Source: a virus
Length of the DNA: 64,000 bases
IMG/VR virus record: IMGVR_UViG_3300020204_000006
Strand: one strand, 5' to 3'
In this document: positions 62,801-64,000 of the stretch, piece by piece
Layout of the letters: each line of letters opens with the position of its first letter
Numbering within the stretch: position 1 is the first letter of the stretch
Made by a program: the position numbers and the translations under genes
The notes under the pieces: generated by a model
Told to the model about the DNA's origin: nothing
The model's input: the letters and a program-made list of their open reading frames with translations, nothing else
Database searches by the model: none

Positions 62801-64000
62801 GGGAAGTGACAATACTAATTGCGTATCTCTTCAAGTTGACTCATCTCCTCCTTCTGGCAGTCTTGATTTCTATTCATTTAGAAGCTTGCAGACATCATCA
62901 AGTACTTCTTCTGATCCTTACGATCCTTATGGAGGCGTAGTTGTTCCTCCTCCACAACCTCCGATTACTCTGCCAGAATATCTTTCTGTAGAATTTTCTA
63001 ATATAGATATTGTAATTTTAGCAAACTCTGCTGGTTTTTCTTTATTTGATAGAAACACCAGTCCTATTATACAGTATTACGCAGATTTTGACTGGATACC
63101 AGAAGTTAGAGAAGTATTATCAATAGATGACGGTAATTATTCAAATGTGAATTTAGCTATAAATAGACTCAAAAATATACCTCCATTTGGTTGCTCTCCA
63201 CTTTTTGATGGTGTTGACTCTATAGTTAGATCTTTCGATTTACAGAAGCTTGATCCATACTATCAGGATTTTAAAGAAACGCTGTATATAATGACAGATA
63301 ATGATGAGAATACAAGTGATTCAAACCCTGATGATGTTGCTTCAAATGTCAATTCTATATCTGGAGAATTTAATACTCCTATTGTTGCATACAATTTTAA
63401 CTTGTTTAAGCCAACCACAATAGCCAATGAGGCATCTGTTGCCAACTCTGGCTCTTTAGCTAGATTTATGAAGCAAGTTGGTGGAGAAATAATTAACTTT
63501 GTTGAAGAATCCATATATGAAAAATATGTTGACTTTGGAGTTGGTGAGGCAATAGGAGGTGTTGGTCACGGAGAAATTGAGCTTTTAATATCATTTGATG
63601 AGAATGTATCCATAACAGGTTTTGAGTATGAGTTTGAAAAACCAAATTTTACAAACATATTATGGAATGCAAAATCTTCTTCTGATGGTGAGACTTTCGA
63701 TAATGATAAAACATTTTACGACATAAAAGAAGGCAAACAAGAAAAATTTATTAATAGCAGTTTTATTAAATTGACTTTTAAATTCTTGCATTTCTTTAAG
63801 GATTCTTTTGTAGATCCTTATGAAATTTCACCTGATGCAGAAACTCCTAAGATAAAATCAGTAAAAATTTATTATAATTACCCAAGGGAAAACATAATAG
63901 TCCTTAAATCTCTTAATTTTACTGACAATCCACAACAGGTATCAATAAATATAATTGCAGAAAATGATGAAAACAGCAAAATATATGTAGGTGTTTCTTC
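53811..64000 (+). CDS. ORF11 (absent from the ORF track, 3'-truncated, >3,390 aa): giant adhesin-like virion protein: split vWA, FnIII, LamG, invasin/Big_1-like Ig, Kelch propeller and PPC domains
   Basis: ATG GGA TTT CCC... at 53811. The frame is open at every point translated, including the window end (GAA AAT GAT GAA AAC AGC AAA ATA TAT GTA GGT GTT TCT), and the track lists no stop-terminated ORF in this frame. Motifs: FLFDVSGSM (54987-55013), LamG at about 55500-56155, Kelch at about 60260-61430, PPC at about 62190-62560, YIMTDNDEN (63285-63311). Confidence 0.9.
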   Translation, partial: MGFPNTVHVHGSLSDSSIVGQGKYPTISPSAVTVIDCGNFYSAENSGDLFYMVDFQQSGAVSTSYVRTIADSIDNFTGGSSSFIYKIKSSFSGKVYYGIRLGFTAEFSGCRINFYYSNSLNHSIFISESDVLSLGGLNKFYFVHDSFTAFDSEVRDFKISIDAPGVIIDSIVFSDSSVRSFPDIQSYISKEIGSIFSLESNIDQSVSLSYASLKSKIDYSSITLHMQIYLIDQSERVVGFLKCHSYINTNSIIFDDGWIAFNINYFKNYSAQDQYFIMQNFKLGISLVGCPKNENLYFIWSQAADYNSGFLTMNRNNEDQLVQSEYDLAVKLFDQGESSSENNIQTQSPEVQNLIINNFDNYKYSNPVNVDIENIDDKRSQMVLKLPDRVVTFLFDVSGSMTWNDPNGKRFDVAKSIIDRFAGGYPGNLNYQVLTFGGTRILTEWFGVVEGKVSDTSDANEAKRKAFFDEAFKFNGVQIVRKKGSPPVSPTDGDIVFSGYSKILYDSGLEENTEYYYSVFSQTDDGRFSDPVVIKAVPEPRIVPSGIKNLNGKSFKASGISRDVNTHCLLHMDESGGLNIFDFAKGAIFVYKNTEENSLPIWIEKSESIPSSSVQGEGKGSGLRLNGKSEYIHVEDSSFNPLVSESFGFMVWVYPFSSNESYFDSQLGLINLTKSNDEIIRIFIQEDGSLFVNSSLGSFVSSEKITPNTWNHICIFSDSSSSKLYINANEEVHGSIYSGESIKNLEIGRSTDDTYYFGKITEFSLHSSIRGPSYVSEHYNNVPSWNGESIAVMSFDVPSSYLDGSKRYSIRYKPEIGPLRHLSDDISGPANYGSYQGDTGLRPENVPPGYVVRNVNFSRIVYGDDLGPTHVFDGTEFKSGIIDKKSYKHVFIGDFASPFDEIEKLSIGLEAPGFRHFFRIFTINQNDISSLPEDSGLFEFTPPIWRQRSEYPVQISGVSDVEYFVGDSKVMLTWNLNNKQNVENILVYFSRKYNPDIHAAYRKYNDAASTMELYPVFLGDKNSTEFVLRKGIVEFARRNTNDQNSQFQNLGPIGRCPECDLLNGEKGYFSIYTRDKFGNYSEPVFVEAIPNPGNQESAIPPDQIFGIRYQPVDEQSVSIRWINPSKINSYSDIQCWLDDRIVFYFRATDIFGRKLETRYEFKFVTSRGIDVSNTDSFGFPGQIFHGFGGNSWGSRSFYSEPPPLGFSDSEAISLFFDPERSEALREKIYFSKIVSVQEVKNSLDGYYKIFFDLSNASSDQLSMINQVYFAAQIVLRTSKDIRENAIADRSNTSIIFDSQDKFEYATLPIRVLMDQPLAIVAYQNGNVVYPRGTTLFVPEPGPGNVSFDPCDDAFYGQSQDGFYYESGKLTPGCYVSRNRPYSILIRASYRKQPLPDGTLIDAYVYNDVSPYDPSLSNRFNAFSVWGEICGLVAYCNQDSLLDPDPFAGTYSLSNIGLLSSSGTFATHSSGRFSECVYRIPVPDSPSSVRVIFKLSIDSFFACPQVYLNFVSNLRIKINTRGPIADGVDVAKQLCFAYTIDPDFDVSSGNNVDIAQQYIQPVPDFTPISWELLKYRNAKERPFYSTSQQQNNGSFVLADGVFDFTQNGYSQSVFFGPANGVVASLIGDGEDVFLIGEEYAIKASITYNGYTVSAFGPACIFPINTTSNSDNPDLPSIKKSSFFMSNANGEFVENIYSDGKDYAVFLVSRDPEITYVNSSGVLRSTVSGFLKCYNSTLFDDSGIENAIIYKPQVGSSLLFEIIRPYSYFESTEPYWKNQVKIIHKNLLFVEENGVVVPRGDVVSSNSSFVSIGNENENLIAITCNAFIPLMWSKFGEPTTLKDNGMICSHIHQNPFGSAGAIGPPQVPFIDYDIEIKGTISATVDGKSQNIISSGNWGTGNPPKFVKFIEPLRVDLAYVMVNGQPSSTLKIDGFSQNRLVFVVTFAGRPVSENSILKVYQCGTEILVPEQDIIRAEIKNDPFFTGRDISGNIIPGYIPGNQSFFYLDILPIQTIDLVDCKIFVESNYDESGTIARQRVLGVKINYVPSSGGGTSGFFDSDVEVSSSSSYSEESPDSSNGEGFSSFVGDAGFITDSESSSSSSSSFSSSSSSSFNIPILEDDLSEAVRPSGSSPFTKTCYIYDLSLEGQEETSPWIRIADMAMDRAWSSTEYINGNIYNIGGVISPGITSYNEYWIASQNRWVYRAAMPVSKFGMQSCNDGRYIYCFGGIEIADVRVGGGFGGGMGGPTGGGTSSSSGSSSSSSILTQRRPVVSTTVHRYDTVTDTWIQLKSMPVLDVDGNDISDTTIPSNLSITKYGVAFGKAHLVGDKIYIICGANYINYSTFEPSKMNDRILIYDILTNKWSFSEAPDDLSKATYQRVYPSSFIKDDKIFVFGGTKYEIQLETIYVTGWFGSIQVPYTSKITATDIYSIDLGVFSASNYSSMNFSISDASYLFDTIPYPRDQAGCLVLNQDIYVLGGRILPNGDYPGTPHSRKFERLVYSNGSYSHQKIEKIPQGRSIFGMVSDSLSRIFVCGGIISSFAPGYAQIKVEAYGEQTEKNSDYTVSIYEEADAVVRLDGRSSCDLIVTLYDEEGDIIEKSVRVEIYGSIKFPTEDDFEDGPGMGFFNRGAEVRKRILKRRGTRVYPIQISPQNSLSQDGKIFAKVLPRTEDPLRTLSEIASILNRDVSTDGVGDQSDIINIVQDTVRFPYQIVISAQVVDDFYFGSTVYNPISSSSSSSDVLFYPELFEPDTQADAGEFSSARSMPSFKVINTSGTSAVLPTYFFDRGFILMTQQFGFIGTVGDSDLYAVTVPKTGSYKLSVVRRNFSSIKTKVKIYNSNTLPYPVCSTGGSNTIAFRNQFGIPEYFSPCGSANLGEIGDAINLVAGKLYYLEVSALDENSTNLSEKVGEYSLRLGIVINQNEVGFYANIYNSGSQSGSSFRSVRSSGNNSYSDGAIQGSSDSEESFAALNFRNGSSDCIFTCPECLPDSSKWAGVSCTGSDNTNCVSLQVDSSPPSGSLDFYSFRSLQTSSSTSSDPYDPYGGVVVPPPQPPITLPEYLSVEFSNIDIVILANSAGFSLFDRNTSPIIQYYADFDWIPEVREVLSIDDGNYSNVNLAINRLKNIPPFGCSPLFDGVDSIVRSFDLQKLDPYYQDFKETLYIMTDNDENTSDSNPDDVASNVNSISGEFNTPIVAYNFNLFKPTTIANEASVANSGSLARFMKQVGGEIINFVEESIYEKYVDFGVGEAIGGVGHGEIELLISFDENVSITGFEYEFEKPNFTNILWNAKSSSDGETFDNDKTFYDIKEGKQEKFINSSFIKLTFKFLHFFKDSFVDPYEISPDAETPKIKSVKIYYNYPRENIIVLKSLNFTDNPQQVSINIIAENDENSKIYVGVS

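Noticed and set aside
54703-63514. Short ORFs listed by the track in the last 10 kb
   Set aside because: They overlap the unlisted ORF11, whose frame carries clear vWA, LamG, Kelch and PPC motifs.
1-64000. Stop-codon reassignment (no gene ends in TAG)
   Set aside because: All long ORFs are open under the standard code and TAA bias is expected at this AT content; there is no positive evidence of recoding.

Overview
AT-rich window, about 99% coding, with 11 tightly packed CDSs all on the + strand (numbered ORF1-ORF11 in order) and one interrupted small gene. Six proteins exceed 1,800 aa. ORF1 is open from base 1 (5'-truncated). ORF11 (53811 to >64000, >3,390 aa) runs off the end and is missing from the supplied ORF track. 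None of the visible N-termini has a signal peptide or membrane anchor. The domains are bacterial extracellular types: RCC1, FnIII, LamG, BNR/WD-like and Kelch propellers, vWA, PPC, a planctomycete-type dockerin, heparinase II/III-like lyases, TIM-barrel glycosidase-like domains and dead trypsin-like folds, joined by poly-Ser and poly-Pro linkers. The best interpretation (inference; no capsid, terminase or sheath gene is in the window) is the virion/tail adsorption module of a jumbo phage, possibly infecting Phycisphaerae (Planctomycetota). Most unusual observations: a 4,950-aa protein with tandem glycan-degrading domains; Ser-hexad linker arrays sharing a codon template and a 44-nt identical stretch across different genes; a vWA domain apparently split by about 2,650 aa of nested domains; a recurrent DPY/DPYDPY motif in five proteins; and five consecutive TAA-N-ATG gene junctions. 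All domain calls are by-eye motif recognition, not database results.
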